From: an uncultured Candidatus Rokubacteria bacterium
GTDB lineage: Bacteria > Methylomirabilota > Methylomirabilia > Rokubacteriales > DASRDR01
Assembly (NCBI GenBank): GCA_963708025.1
Contig: CAVPSB010000017.1
Span: 1-64,000 of the forward strand
Length of the DNA: 64,000 nucleotides
Direction of reading: 5' to 3'
In this document: one piece after another, positions 23,796 through 34,156 of the stretch
Layout of the letters: the number at the start of each line of letters is the position of its first letter
Numbering within the stretch: position 1 is the first letter of the stretch
Notes under the pieces: generated by a model
What the model saw: only the letters and a program-made list of their open reading frames with translations
What the model was told of the DNA's origin: nothing
Database searches by the model: none
Program-made: the position numbers and the translations under genes

Positions 23796-24743
23796 ATGAG
23801 CCTGGCGTTCGGCATCATGATCGAGGGACAGGAAGGGCTGACCTGGGAGCGCTGGAAGCGGCTGGCCCGGGCCGCCGAGGAAGGCGGCTACCACGGCCTG
23901 TTCCGCTCCGACCACCTCACGGGACTGTTCGGCGACGCGACCCGGCCCGCCCTCGACACATGGGCGTCCCTTGCCTGGCTCGCGACCGGCACGACGCGGA
24001 TCCGCTTCGGCCCGCTCGTCTCCCCGCTGACCTTCCACCAGCCGGCCATCCTGGCGCGCCAGGCCGCGGCGGTCAGCGAGCTGTCCGGCGGCCGCCTCGA
24101 CCTCGGCATCGGCGCCGGTTGGCACGACGGCGAGCACCGGATGTTCGGCATCCCGTTCCCGTCGCTCAAGGAGCGCATGGACCGGCTGGAGTGCGGCGCC
24201 CGGGTGATCCGGGCCCTCTGGCGGGAAGGGCCGGTCACGCTCGACCAGCCCTATTACCCGCTGGTCGAGGCCCAGACGGCGCCCCGTCCGGCGCCCGGGA
24301 CGCTGCCCCTGGTCATCGGCGGGCGCGGAGAGCGGAGGACGCTCCGCGTCGTGGCCGAGAACGCCGACGAGTGGAACGCCACCCGCGTGACGCCGGAGGA
24401 GTACCCGGCCAAGCTCGCGGTCCTCGAGCAGCACTGCCGGGCGGTCGGCCGCGACCCGGCCACTATCCGGCGCTCGCTGATGGTCCCGCTCGCCATCGGC
24501 CGCACGGCCGCCGAGGCGGACGGCCGCCGGCGGAACGCGTGCGCGATCCTGCCGCGGCTGCCGCAGGAGGCGGCCGAGTGGCGCGCGGCCGGGTTCCTCC
24601 ACGGGACACCGGGCGAGGTCGTGCGCGAGCTGCGCCGCTGGGAGACGCTCGGCCTGAACCGCGTGATGCTCCAGATGCTCGACCAGGAGGACCTGGCCGC
24701 CCTCGACCTCTTCGCCCGCGAGGTGCTCCCCGCGTTCCGCTGA
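23796..24743 (+). CDS. LLM-class (probably F420-dependent) oxidoreductase
   Basis: IEGQEG, FRSDH, SGGRLDLGIGAGW. Confidence 0.88.
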   Translation: MSLAFGIMIEGQEGLTWERWKRLARAAEEGGYHGLFRSDHLTGLFGDATRPALDTWASLAWLATGTTRIRFGPLVSPLTFHQPAILARQAAAVSELSGGRLDLGIGAGWHDGEHRMFGIPFPSLKERMDRLECGARVIRALWREGPVTLDQPYYPLVEAQTAPRPAPGTLPLVIGGRGERRTLRVVAENADEWNATRVTPEEYPAKLAVLEQHCRAVGRDPATIRRSLMVPLAIGRTAAEADGRRRNACAILPRLPQEAAEWRAAGFLHGTPGEVVRELRRWETLGLNRVMLQMLDQEDLAALDLFAREVLPAFR

Positions 24744-25023
24744 CCGTCACACTGGCTATCTCGTCAGGGAGCGGGAATCGCCGGGGAAGGCCGCCGGCAC
24801 CCCCCGGCCTTCCTCACCCGGCCAGGCGGCTTGCTGACACCTAACCCCGATCGGCGATTACCGGAGACCGATCGCCATACTCGGACCGCTCGGACAGCGA
24901 CGCTTGGGGGATCGCATGCGTTCGAATGACGGCCACCCACGGGGCGTTGACATCCACCCGTGGAGCGAGCTTGGCGCGGCGCCAGACCTGGGGCTCGCGT
25001 GGTCGCGATCATTCGACGAATCC

Positions 25024-25383
25024 CTAACCTCCATCCGCGCCCACGACGCCGTCCGACGTCAAGGCCCAGCGGCCGAACACCCCGACGGGCGGGGTCCAGC
25101 GCACATCGGCCGCCTCCAGGCAGCGCTGAGCGCACGTGACGCGGCTCGGATCCTGGAAGGCGCTGCAGGCCGTCACGGATCCAGGCTTCCCGGCGCCGAC
25201 CGGCACCGCGAAGTCCACCGTGACTCGCGAGCGCCGCACCGGGCACTCGAAGGTCGCGCGCGCCCGCCGGTGGCCATCGCCGGAGAACAGGCCGATCGCG
25301 CACAGAATCAGCACGCCCGGCACGATCACGAGGAGCGGGCCGAACACGACGAGCACGACGACGAGCATCATGAACGCTTCCAT
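25024..25383 (-). CDS. Membrane-anchored Cys-rich hypothetical protein
   Basis: TM segment, then FECP...CSAF...TCAQRC. Confidence 0.7.
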   Translation of the reverse strand: MEAFMMLVVVLVVFGPLLVIVPGVLILCAIGLFSGDGHRRARATFECPVRRSRVTVDFAVPVGAGKPGSVTACSAFQDPSRVTCAQRCLEAADVRWTPPVGVFGRWALTSDGVVGADGG

Positions 25384-25715
25384 GTCACACCGCCTTTCGT
25401 CGCGTCGCTCGAACGCCAGCGCAGACAATGGCCCCCGCACGTAATTGCGTTCGCGGGAAGGAACGCGCTGCAGCTCTTCACGCCGACGGCCTGTCGGAAC
25501 CCGGGCGGCCCGGACTCCACGAGCTCGACCTCCACGTCGCGCCGCTTGATCGGGCACCAGAAGCGGCATCGTCGGACTCGGCAAGGCAGGAAGATCAGGA
25601 TCGGGACCAAGGCGAGCACCGCCAGGATCAGCGCCGCGGCGAGCAACTCAGCCAAGTTCAGCCCCCCTACGTTCCTCCATTTCCGGAGCCGGGGTACGGG
25701 GTCTCTCGTCTGCAT
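25368..25715 (-). CDS. Paralogous membrane-anchored Cys-rich hypothetical protein; start uncertain
   Basis: TM segment, then FWCP...CSAF...TCGGHC. Confidence 0.65.
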   Translation of the reverse strand: MQTRDPVPRLRKWRNVGGLNLAELLAAALILAVLALVPILIFLPCRVRRCRFWCPIKRRDVEVELVESGPPGFRQAVGVKSCSAFLPANAITCGGHCLRWRSSDATKGGVTWKRS

Positions 25716-25938
25716 CGTCGCGCCTGGCTTCGGACGGCGCAATGAGGCACCCGCCTCATTTCCGGTAGCGCGAACGACGGGGAAGGAGGTGTCCCGGCGC
25801 TCTCGGGTCGCCGCCGGAAGGCCTGCCGGGGGGCCTCGTGGCCGCGGGACGATGGCCGTCGCCTGCCCTCCGCCGACGCTGCCCGCCCTGGCTCGGACCA
25901 CGAGGGAGGGTCACCGAGCGGGCGTGACGCGGTCCGCG

Positions 25939-26994
<1,056 letters not shown>

Positions 26995-27106
26995 GGGGAC
27001 CTCCGTCAGGGGTTCGGGGTGGTCATCACCGCTTCAAGATACACCAGCGCTTGGTGTATGGTGCAACCGGGCGTGATCTCCGACTCCCGGCGACGGAGGC
27101 ATCAGG

Positions 27107-27544
27107 ATGTGGCACGGAGCGGTGCGACGAAGTGTCCTCCTGCTGGTGCTCTTCGCCTCACTGGCCGGGTGCGGCGCCGCCTCCCACTCTTCCCTCGCCG
27201 TCGATCCCCGGGTGCTGCCCGCCGGGGACACTCTCCTCCGAACGGAGCTGATCTTCGGGCGGGCCCGGCCCGACGGCTCCATCGTTTCGGAGGCGCAGTG
27301 GCAGGCCTTCATCGACCAGCACCTGGCGCCACGGTTCGCGGGCTTCACGGTCTTCCCGGTCACCGGCCAGTACCGCGACCGGACGGGCCGGCTCGTGCGG
27401 GAGGATTCGTTCCTCGTGCTCCTCCTGCACGAGCCCGACGCGAAGAGTCGGACCGCCATCGAGGAGATCCGGGCCATCTACCGGCGGCTCTTCGACCAGG
27501 AGACGGTGCCGCTGGTCACCGCCCCGGCCCGGGTGTCCTTCTGA
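27107..27544 (+). CDS. DUF3574 family lipoprotein
   Basis: LAGC lipobox; RTELIFG, PRFAGFTV, Y..LFDQE. Confidence 0.8.
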   Translation: MWHGAVRRSVLLLVLFASLAGCGAASHSSLAVDPRVLPAGDTLLRTELIFGRARPDGSIVSEAQWQAFIDQHLAPRFAGFTVFPVTGQYRDRTGRLVREDSFLVLLLHEPDAKSRTAIEEIRAIYRRLFDQETVPLVTAPARVSF

Positions 27545-27570
27545 CGCCCCGCGGCAGTCCGAGGTCGTCT

Positions 27571-28584
27571 CTGCTCACGCCCCCGAGCTCCTCCGCCGGT
27601 AGCCGCATCGCGAATCCGCCCGCCGTCGACTCGCCGTTCCGGCCACCCTGGTGGTGCCGCAACCCGCACCTCCAGACGGTGTGGGGTCCCCTCTTCCGCC
27701 GCGCCCGGCTGCCGCTGCGGCGAGAGCGGGTGGTCACCGCCGATGGCGACTTCGTCGACCTCGACTGGGCCGACGGCCCGGCCGGCGCGCCCGTCCTCCT
27801 GGTCCTCCACGGGCTCGAGGGCTCGGCTCGCTCCCCCTACGTGACGGGGCTCTTCACGGAGGGCCTCGCCCGCGGCTGGCGGGGCGTCGCCCTCAACTTC
27901 CGCTCGTGCAGCGGCGAGCCGAACCGTCTCCCGCGCTTCTATCACTCGGGCGACACCGGAGACCTGGACCACGTCGTGACCCAGCTCGCTCGGCGCGAGC
28001 CGGCGCTCCGGCTCGGGGCGGTCGGGGTGTCGCTGGGCGGCAACGTGCTGCTGAAGTGGCTCGGTGAGCGGGGCGCCGACGCGCCCCGGCAGGTGGTCGG
28101 CGCGGTCGGCATCTCGGTGCCCTTCGACCTGGCCGCCTGCGCCCGGATGCTCGACCGCGGCTTCCGCCGCACGCTCTACACCGCGAACTTCATGCGGACG
28201 CTTCGCCAGAAGGTCCTCGACCGGGCGCGAGTCTACCCGGGCCTGGTGGACACCGCCCGTGCGCGGCGGGCCCGGACCTTCGCCGAGTACGACCGCGTCG
28301 TCACCGCCCCGCTCCACGGCTTCGCCGACGAGCTGGACTACTGGACCCGCTCCAGCTCGGGGCCGTACCTGGCCCGGCTCCGCCGCCCGGCGCTCCTGCT
28401 CAACGCCCGGGACGACCCCTTCGTCCCGCGCGGTGCGCTGCCCGACCCGGCGGCGCTCCCGCCCGGGGTTCGTGCCGAGTTTCCTTCCCGCGGCGGTCAC
28501 GCGGGGTTCGTCAACGGCCCCCCGTGGCGGGTCGGCTCGTGGGCCGAGCGCCGCGCCGTCGAATTCCTCGCGGACCTGCTCTAA
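27571..28584 (+). CDS. YheT-like alpha/beta hydrolase; start uncertain
   Basis: NPHLQT, HGLEGS, GVSLGGN, DDPF, GGHAGF. Confidence 0.88.
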   Translation: MLTPPSSSAGSRIANPPAVDSPFRPPWWCRNPHLQTVWGPLFRRARLPLRRERVVTADGDFVDLDWADGPAGAPVLLVLHGLEGSARSPYVTGLFTEGLARGWRGVALNFRSCSGEPNRLPRFYHSGDTGDLDHVVTQLARREPALRLGAVGVSLGGNVLLKWLGERGADAPRQVVGAVGISVPFDLAACARMLDRGFRRTLYTANFMRTLRQKVLDRARVYPGLVDTARARRARTFAEYDRVVTAPLHGFADELDYWTRSSSGPYLARLRRPALLLNARDDPFVPRGALPDPAALPPGVRAEFPSRGGHAGFVNGPPWRVGSWAERRAVEFLADLL

Positions 28585-28608
28585 CCCCGCCCGCGCCGAG
28601 GTGACGTC

Positions 28609-29448
28609 ATGCGATGCCTGATCGATGCCTGTGGCGGCCGACCCGGCCGGCTCACGCTCCTGCTGATCCTGGCGCTCCTCTGGGGCACCCCCGTCGCAGC
28701 CCAGAGCCTGTGGGACGATCGGGCCTTCCGGCTCGCCCGCGAGGCCAGCGCGGCCCTCGAACGCAAGGCCTACGCGGACGCGGGCCGGCTCGCACGCGAG
28801 GCGATCGCCGAGTACCCGGAGCACGTCCTGGCCCACTACCTCCTGGCGCAGGCGGCCCTGGCCCAGGAGCAGTGGGAGGAGGCGGCCCAGGCCCTCGGCA
28901 CCGTGGTCCGGCTCTACCCGAGGTCGTTCGCCGGGCACCGGGAGCTCGGCGCCGCGCTCGCCCACCTGGGTCGCGCGCGGGAGGCGGTGCGCGCGTTCGA
29001 AGCGGCCCTGATGCTAGGACCGGACGCCCCCGATGCGCGGGACGTCCGGGTCCGCTTGGCCTTCGTCCATCTCCAGGCCGGCGAGCGCGACCTGGCCCTC
29101 CCGCTACTCGCCGCCCTCGTCCGGGACGGGAGCCCGGAGCCCGAGGTGTGGTCAGCGCTCGGCCAGCTCTACTTCGAGCGCGACCAGCTCGCCGAGAGCG
29201 AGCGGGCCCTCCGCCGGTCGGCCGATCTGCGGGACGACGGCACGACGTGGTTCAACCTGGCGGTGGTCCGCCTGCGCCTCCACGACACGCCGGGCGCCAT
29301 CGAGGCGCTCGAGCGCGCCGCCCGGCATCCCGAGGTCCAGGCCCAGGCCACGGCCGAGCTGGGCAAGCTGCGCTCCACCGAGCCGGCCCCTAGCCCCACG
29401 CTCCGCGGCCTTCCCGCCCCCGGCGGGTGGTCTCCTGTCCGGCCCTGA
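28609..29448 (+). CDS. Secreted tetratricopeptide repeat protein
   Basis: Signal peptide plus TPR-like helices. Confidence 0.8.
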   Translation: MRCLIDACGGRPGRLTLLLILALLWGTPVAAQSLWDDRAFRLAREASAALERKAYADAGRLAREAIAEYPEHVLAHYLLAQAALAQEQWEEAAQALGTVVRLYPRSFAGHRELGAALAHLGRAREAVRAFEAALMLGPDAPDARDVRVRLAFVHLQAGERDLALPLLAALVRDGSPEPEVWSALGQLYFERDQLAESERALRRSADLRDDGTTWFNLAVVRLRLHDTPGAIEALERAARHPEVQAQATAELGKLRSTEPAPSPTLRGLPAPGGWSPVRP

Positions 29449-29464
29449 GCCAACCCGGTTCTGG

Positions 29465-30418
29465 CTAGTACCCGCGGGCGCGGTCCACGACGTGCAGCAG
29501 CGGCTGGCCGTCGACGAAGCGGCGGAGGTTCTCGACGAACAGCTCGGCCACCAGCGCGTCGCGGCGGGGGTGAAGGCCCCCGAGATGCGGCAAGACCGTG
29601 ATCCCCTCGGTGGTCCAGAACGGGTGCTCGGGGGCCAGCGGCTCGACCGTGAACACGTCCAGCACCGCTCCGGCGATGACCCGCCCCCGCACCGCCGCCA
29701 CCAGGTCCTCGTCCACAACCAGCTCCCCCCGCCCGAAGTTCAGGAGGTACGCGGTGGGGCGCATCTCGCGCAGCCGGGCGGCGTCCATGAAGCCCCGGGT
29801 CTCGGCCGTCACCGGCAGGAGGAGGAGCACGAAGTCAGACCGGGCCAGCACCTCGGGCGTCTCCGCCGGCGGGTAGACGCGCGACACGTGGGGGAGCGGC
29901 GCCGGCGTGCGCCGGGTGCCGACGACCGTCAGCTCGAGCGCGGCGGCCTTCCGCGCCACCTCCTGCCCGATGGCGCCGAGGCCGAGGATCCCGAGCGTCT
30001 TCCCGGCCAGCGGCTCCGAGACCCGGCGCGCCCAGCGGCGCTCCCGCTGGTCGAGCGCCGCCGCCGCGTACGGCTTGGTGAGGTGGAAGAGGGCGGCCAG
30101 GATGTTCTCCGGCATCTGGACGCGGTGCGTGCCCCGCGCGCAGGTCAGCGTGAGGTCGGGGGGGATGCCGCGCGCGAGCCAGCCCTCGACGCCGGCGGTG
30201 AGCGCCTGGGCCCAGCGGAGGCGAGGTGCCGCGGCGAAGAACCCGCGCGGCACGCGCCAGGTGAGCAGCGCCTCGCAGCGGCCGAGGAGCGCGGGATCGG
30301 GGTCGGCGCCCGCTGCCACCGCGTGGAGCTCGACCCGGTCCGCCAGGCCGGCGCCGGCCACCGCCGCCTGGTAGACGTCGGCCGCGTCGAGCCACAGCAG
30401 CACCACCGGGCGGCTCAT
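29465..30418 (-). CDS. D-2-hydroxyacid dehydrogenase
   Basis: GLGAIG, NFGRG, LPHLG. Confidence 0.9.
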   Translation of the reverse strand: MSRPVVLLWLDAADVYQAAVAGAGLADRVELHAVAAGADPDPALLGRCEALLTWRVPRGFFAAAPRLRWAQALTAGVEGWLARGIPPDLTLTCARGTHRVQMPENILAALFHLTKPYAAAALDQRERRWARRVSEPLAGKTLGILGLGAIGQEVARKAAALELTVVGTRRTPAPLPHVSRVYPPAETPEVLARSDFVLLLLPVTAETRGFMDAARLREMRPTAYLLNFGRGELVVDEDLVAAVRGRVIAGAVLDVFTVEPLAPEHPFWTTEGITVLPHLGGLHPRRDALVAELFVENLRRFVDGQPLLHVVDRARGY

Positions 30419-30436
30419 CGGAGCACGCACCGTCGG

Positions 30437-31831
30437 TCAGTCGAGGGGGAGCCGGTCCCGGTAGGCCGGTACCACGGCGTCCCAGCCCAGCTCGCCCCGG
30501 ATCCGCTCGGCCAGCGCGCGGGCGGCCGGCGCCTCCCCGTGAACCACGAAGACCCGGCGGGGGCGCGCGGTCGCCGTCCGCAGCCAGGCCACGAGGCCGT
30601 CGGCATCGGCATGAGCCGAGAGCCCGTGAATCGTCTCGACCCGCGCGCGCACCGCCACGTCCTCCCCGAAGATGCGGACCGTCCGGGCCCCCTCCTGGAG
30701 CAGCCGGCCCCGCGTCCCCTCGGCCTGGTAGCCGATCAGGAGCACCGTCGTCCGCGGGTCCGGCAGCCGGATCCGTAGATGGTGGAGGACGCGGCCCCCG
30801 GTCGCCATGCCGCTGGCCGCGATGATGATGAGGGGGCCCTCGACCCCGTTGATGGCCCTGGACTCCTCGACCGTGCGGGCCACGTGGAGGTCGCCGTAGC
30901 GGAACGGCGAGTCGCCCCGGAAGAGACGCCGCCGCATCGCGTCGTCGAACTCCTCGGGGTGCGTCCAGTAGATGGCGGTGGCGTCGATCGCCATCGGGCT
31001 GTCGAGGTAGGTGGGGAGTGCCGGGATGCGACCGGCGCGCGCCAGGGCGCTCAGGTGGTAGAGCAGCTCCTGGGTGCGGCCGACGGCGAAGGCCGGCACC
31101 ACGATGGCGCCGCCGCGCTCGGCGGCGCCGTGGATGGCCCGCTCGAGCTGATCGAGGATCGATTCCCCGTCGTGGCGGCGGTCGCCGTAGGTGGATTCGA
31201 CCACGACATAGTCGGCGGCGCCGATCGCCGTCGCGTCGGGCAGGATCGGCGCGGCGGGGCGGCCCAGGTCCCCCGAGAACAGGAGACGGCGGCACCCCTC
31301 GTCGCGGCCCAGCTCCACGGCCACCGTGGCCGAGCCGACGATGTGCCCGGCGGGAGCGAAGGACACCCGGAGCCCGGGTGCGAGGTCGAGCGGCCGATCG
31401 TAGGCGATCCCCGAGACCCGGACGGCGGCGGCCAGGCCCTCGGCGGCGGTGTAGAGGGGGAGCGCCGGGTCGTGCTTCGACGTGCCCCGGCGGTTGTGGT
31501 AGGCGGCCTCCTCCTCCTGCAGGTGGCCCGAGTCGGGGAGCATGATGCGGGCGAGGTCGGCGGTGGCGCGGGTCGCGTAGACGGGGCCGCGGTAGCCGTC
31601 CCGGCAGAGCCGCGGCAGGTAGCCGGTGTGGTCGATGTGCGCGTGAGTGAGCACGACCCAGTCGAGCGCGGCCGGGGCCACCGGGAGGGGCACCCAGTTC
31701 CGCTCGCGCAGCGCCTTGAGGCCCTGGTAGAGCCCGCAATCGACGAGCAGGCGGCCACCCGCGGTCTCCACCAGGAACTTCGAGCCCGTCACCGTCCCCG
31801 CCGCGCCGAGGAACTCGACGGTCGCGATCAC
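30437..31831 (-). CDS. MBL-fold beta-CASP RNA-processing nuclease
   Basis: THAHIDH, AGHIVGS, ESTYG, SGMATGGR, SAHAD. Confidence 0.93.
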   Translation of the reverse strand: MIATVEFLGAAGTVTGSKFLVETAGGRLLVDCGLYQGLKALRERNWVPLPVAPAALDWVVLTHAHIDHTGYLPRLCRDGYRGPVYATRATADLARIMLPDSGHLQEEEAAYHNRRGTSKHDPALPLYTAAEGLAAAVRVSGIAYDRPLDLAPGLRVSFAPAGHIVGSATVAVELGRDEGCRRLLFSGDLGRPAAPILPDATAIGAADYVVVESTYGDRRHDGESILDQLERAIHGAAERGGAIVVPAFAVGRTQELLYHLSALARAGRIPALPTYLDSPMAIDATAIYWTHPEEFDDAMRRRLFRGDSPFRYGDLHVARTVEESRAINGVEGPLIIIAASGMATGGRVLHHLRIRLPDPRTTVLLIGYQAEGTRGRLLQEGARTVRIFGEDVAVRARVETIHGLSAHADADGLVAWLRTATARPRRVFVVHGEAPAARALAERIRGELGWDAVVPAYRDRLPLD

Positions 31832-31908
31832 GCGCGAGATCGTATCACGTTCGGCGAGCCCGGCCCTTGACGGCCGGCGGCCGGGATGCGATAACAGCCG
31901 ACGTTGAC

Positions 31909-32022
31909 ATGGACACCGCGATGACCGACCCGCTCGCCGAGGCCGTGTTCCTGCTGGCGGAACCTCCTGCCGGCGGCGGGGGCCGCCGGAAGGTGCCCGG
32001 CGCCCGGAAGCCGGCCCGATGA
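31909..32022 (+). CDS. 37-aa small ORF coupled to the downstream dehydrogenase
   Basis: MDTAMTDPLAEAVFLL...KPAR; stop overlaps the ATG at 32019 (ATGA). Confidence 0.4.
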   Translation: MDTAMTDPLAEAVFLLAEPPAGGGGRRKVPGARKPAR

Positions 32023-33005
32023 CCGCCCGGCGCGTCCTGGTCACGGTGGCCCAGCTCCACCGGCGCGAGGCCGCGTACCTGCGGCGGCTCGAGGAGGCTG
32101 GGCTGGAGGTCGTCCGCGCGATCGGCAAGCAGGGGAAGCTCACCGAGGAGGAGCTGATCGCGGCGCTCCCCGGCGTCTTCGCGACGCTGGCGAGCAGCGA
32201 GCCGTACACGGAGCGCGTCTTCCGGCAGGCGCCCGACCTCCGGGTCATCGCCCGGTGGGGCGTGGGCTTCGACGCCATCGACCTGGCCGCCGCCACCCGT
32301 CACCACGTGCCGGTGTGCACCGCCGTCGGCGCCAACCACGAGGCGGTGGCCGACTACGCCCTGGCCCTGATGTGCGCGCTCCAGCGGGGCGTCCTGGCGA
32401 ACCACCGGCTCATCACAGCCGGCCACTGGCGGACCGAGTTCCGGCCGGGGCTCTGGGGGGCGACCGTCGGGATCGTCGGCCTCGGGCGGATCGGCCAAGC
32501 GGTGGCGCGCCGCTGTCGGGGCTTCGAGATGCGGATCCTGGCCCATGAGACGTTCCCGGACTTCGGCTTCGTCCGGGAGCACGGGATCGAGCTCGTCTCG
32601 CTGGACGACCTCCTCCGCCAGTCCGACCTGGTGACCCTGCACTGCCCGGCGACCGAGAAGACGCGCCACCTGATCAACCGGGAGCGGCTCGCCCTGATGA
32701 AGCCGGGCGCCCACCTGGTCAACACCGCGCGCGGCAGCCTGGTGGACGAGACGGCGCTCCACGAGGCCCTGACCACCGGCCGACTGGCCGGCGCCGGCCT
32801 CGACGTCTTCGAGCGCGAGCCGCTCACCGCGTCGCCGCTCTTCGGCCTCGACAACGTCATCCTCAGCCCGCACGTGGCCGGCATCGACTTCACCTCGGAG
32901 GCGGCCATGGCCAACCGGGCGATCGACTCGATCCTGGCCGTGTGGCAGGGGAGCGCCCCCGCCAAGGAATGCCTGCAGAACCCCGAGGCACTCGCCGCCC
33001 ACTGA
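32019..33005 (+). CDS. Phosphoglycerate dehydrogenase-family 2-hydroxyacid dehydrogenase
   Basis: RWGVGFD, GLGRIG, NTARG, SPHVAG. Confidence 0.9.
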   Translation: MTARRVLVTVAQLHRREAAYLRRLEEAGLEVVRAIGKQGKLTEEELIAALPGVFATLASSEPYTERVFRQAPDLRVIARWGVGFDAIDLAAATRHHVPVCTAVGANHEAVADYALALMCALQRGVLANHRLITAGHWRTEFRPGLWGATVGIVGLGRIGQAVARRCRGFEMRILAHETFPDFGFVREHGIELVSLDDLLRQSDLVTLHCPATEKTRHLINRERLALMKPGAHLVNTARGSLVDETALHEALTTGRLAGAGLDVFEREPLTASPLFGLDNVILSPHVAGIDFTSEAAMANRAIDSILAVWQGSAPAKECLQNPEALAAH

Positions 33006-33010
33006 GCATC

Positions 33011-33119
33011 CCAGAAGCGCGCGACGCTCGGAGAGCCGGTCGGCCCGGAGCGTCGCGACCAGATGCCAGAAGGGAGCGACGCCCGAAGGGCCATCGGCCC
33101 GGAGCGTCGCGACCAGATG
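33011..33119 (+). repeat. Two tandem ~55-bp hairpin units (family E)
   Basis: CCAGAAG..GCGACGC...TCGGCCCGGAGCGTCGCGACCAGATG twice. Confidence 0.85.
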
Positions 33120-33134
33120 GAAGGAGACACGACG

Positions 33135-34131
33135 ATGGCCGCCACGCCGAAGGCGCTCGACGGGCTCGCCCCCGACAAGTGGATCGAGCTGTACACCATC
33201 ATGGTGCGCATCCGGCAGTTCGAGGAGCGCATCATGCCCCTCCTCAAGGAGGGCAAGATCAAGGGCACCGCCCACCCGTCGGTCGGCCAGGAGGCGGTGG
33301 CAGCCGGCGTCTGCGGCATCCTCGCAGCCCACCGACTACATCGTGTCGAACCACCGGGGCCACGGCCACTGCATCGCCAAGGGCATGCAGACCAACGCGA
33401 TGATGGCCGAGCTGTACGCCAAGCGGACCGGGTCCAACAAGGGCAAGGGCGGCTCCATGCACATCGCCGACCTCGACCGGTACATCATCGGCTGCACGGG
33501 GATCGTCGGGAGCGGCGCCCCGATCGCCGGCGGCGCCGCCCTGGCCGCCAAGATGGGGAAGACGGGGCAGGCGGTGGTGTGCTTCTTCGGCGACGGCGGC
33601 ATCAACCAGGGTGTCGTGTTCGAGGCCATGAACATGGCGGCGATCTGGCAGCTCCCGGTGATCTTCGTCTGCGAGAACAACATGTACGCGCTGTCGACCC
33701 CGGCCGAGAAGATGACCGCCCTCAAGCAGCTCGCCGATCGCGCCCAGGGCTTCGGGTTCCCCGGACACCAGGTGATGGGCAACGACCTGCGGGCGGTCGT
33801 GCGGGCGACCCGCGAGGCGCTCGAGCGGGCGCGGGCCGGCCAGGGGCCGACGCTGCTCGAGTGCAAGACGTACCGCTGGTACGGCCACTCCGCCATGCGA
33901 CCCGACACCCGGGCGTACCGGGCCCGCGAGGAAGAGCTGGAGTGGCGCGAGCGCGACCCCATCGCGCTGGCCGAGCGGGAGCTGGGCGGGGCGGGCATCC
34001 TGCCGGCCGAGCGCGCCGCCCAGATCCAGCGCGAGATCGCCCGGGAGATCGACGACGCGGTGACGTTCGCCGAGGCCTCCCCCGATCCGGAGCTGGGGGA
34101 GATGTTCACCGACGTGTACGCGCCCTACTAG
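33135..34131 (+). CDS. TPP-dependent dehydrogenase E1 alpha (frameshift ~33330)
   Basis: GQEAVA, SNHRGHGH, GKGGSMH, FFGDG...ENN. Confidence 0.92.
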
Positions 34132-34156
34132 ATCCGGCACCAGGAGAGGATCGACC

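Noticed and set aside
33011-33119. Possible mini-CRISPR
   Set aside because: Only two units, the intervening sequences are homologous rather than unique spacers, and no cas genes
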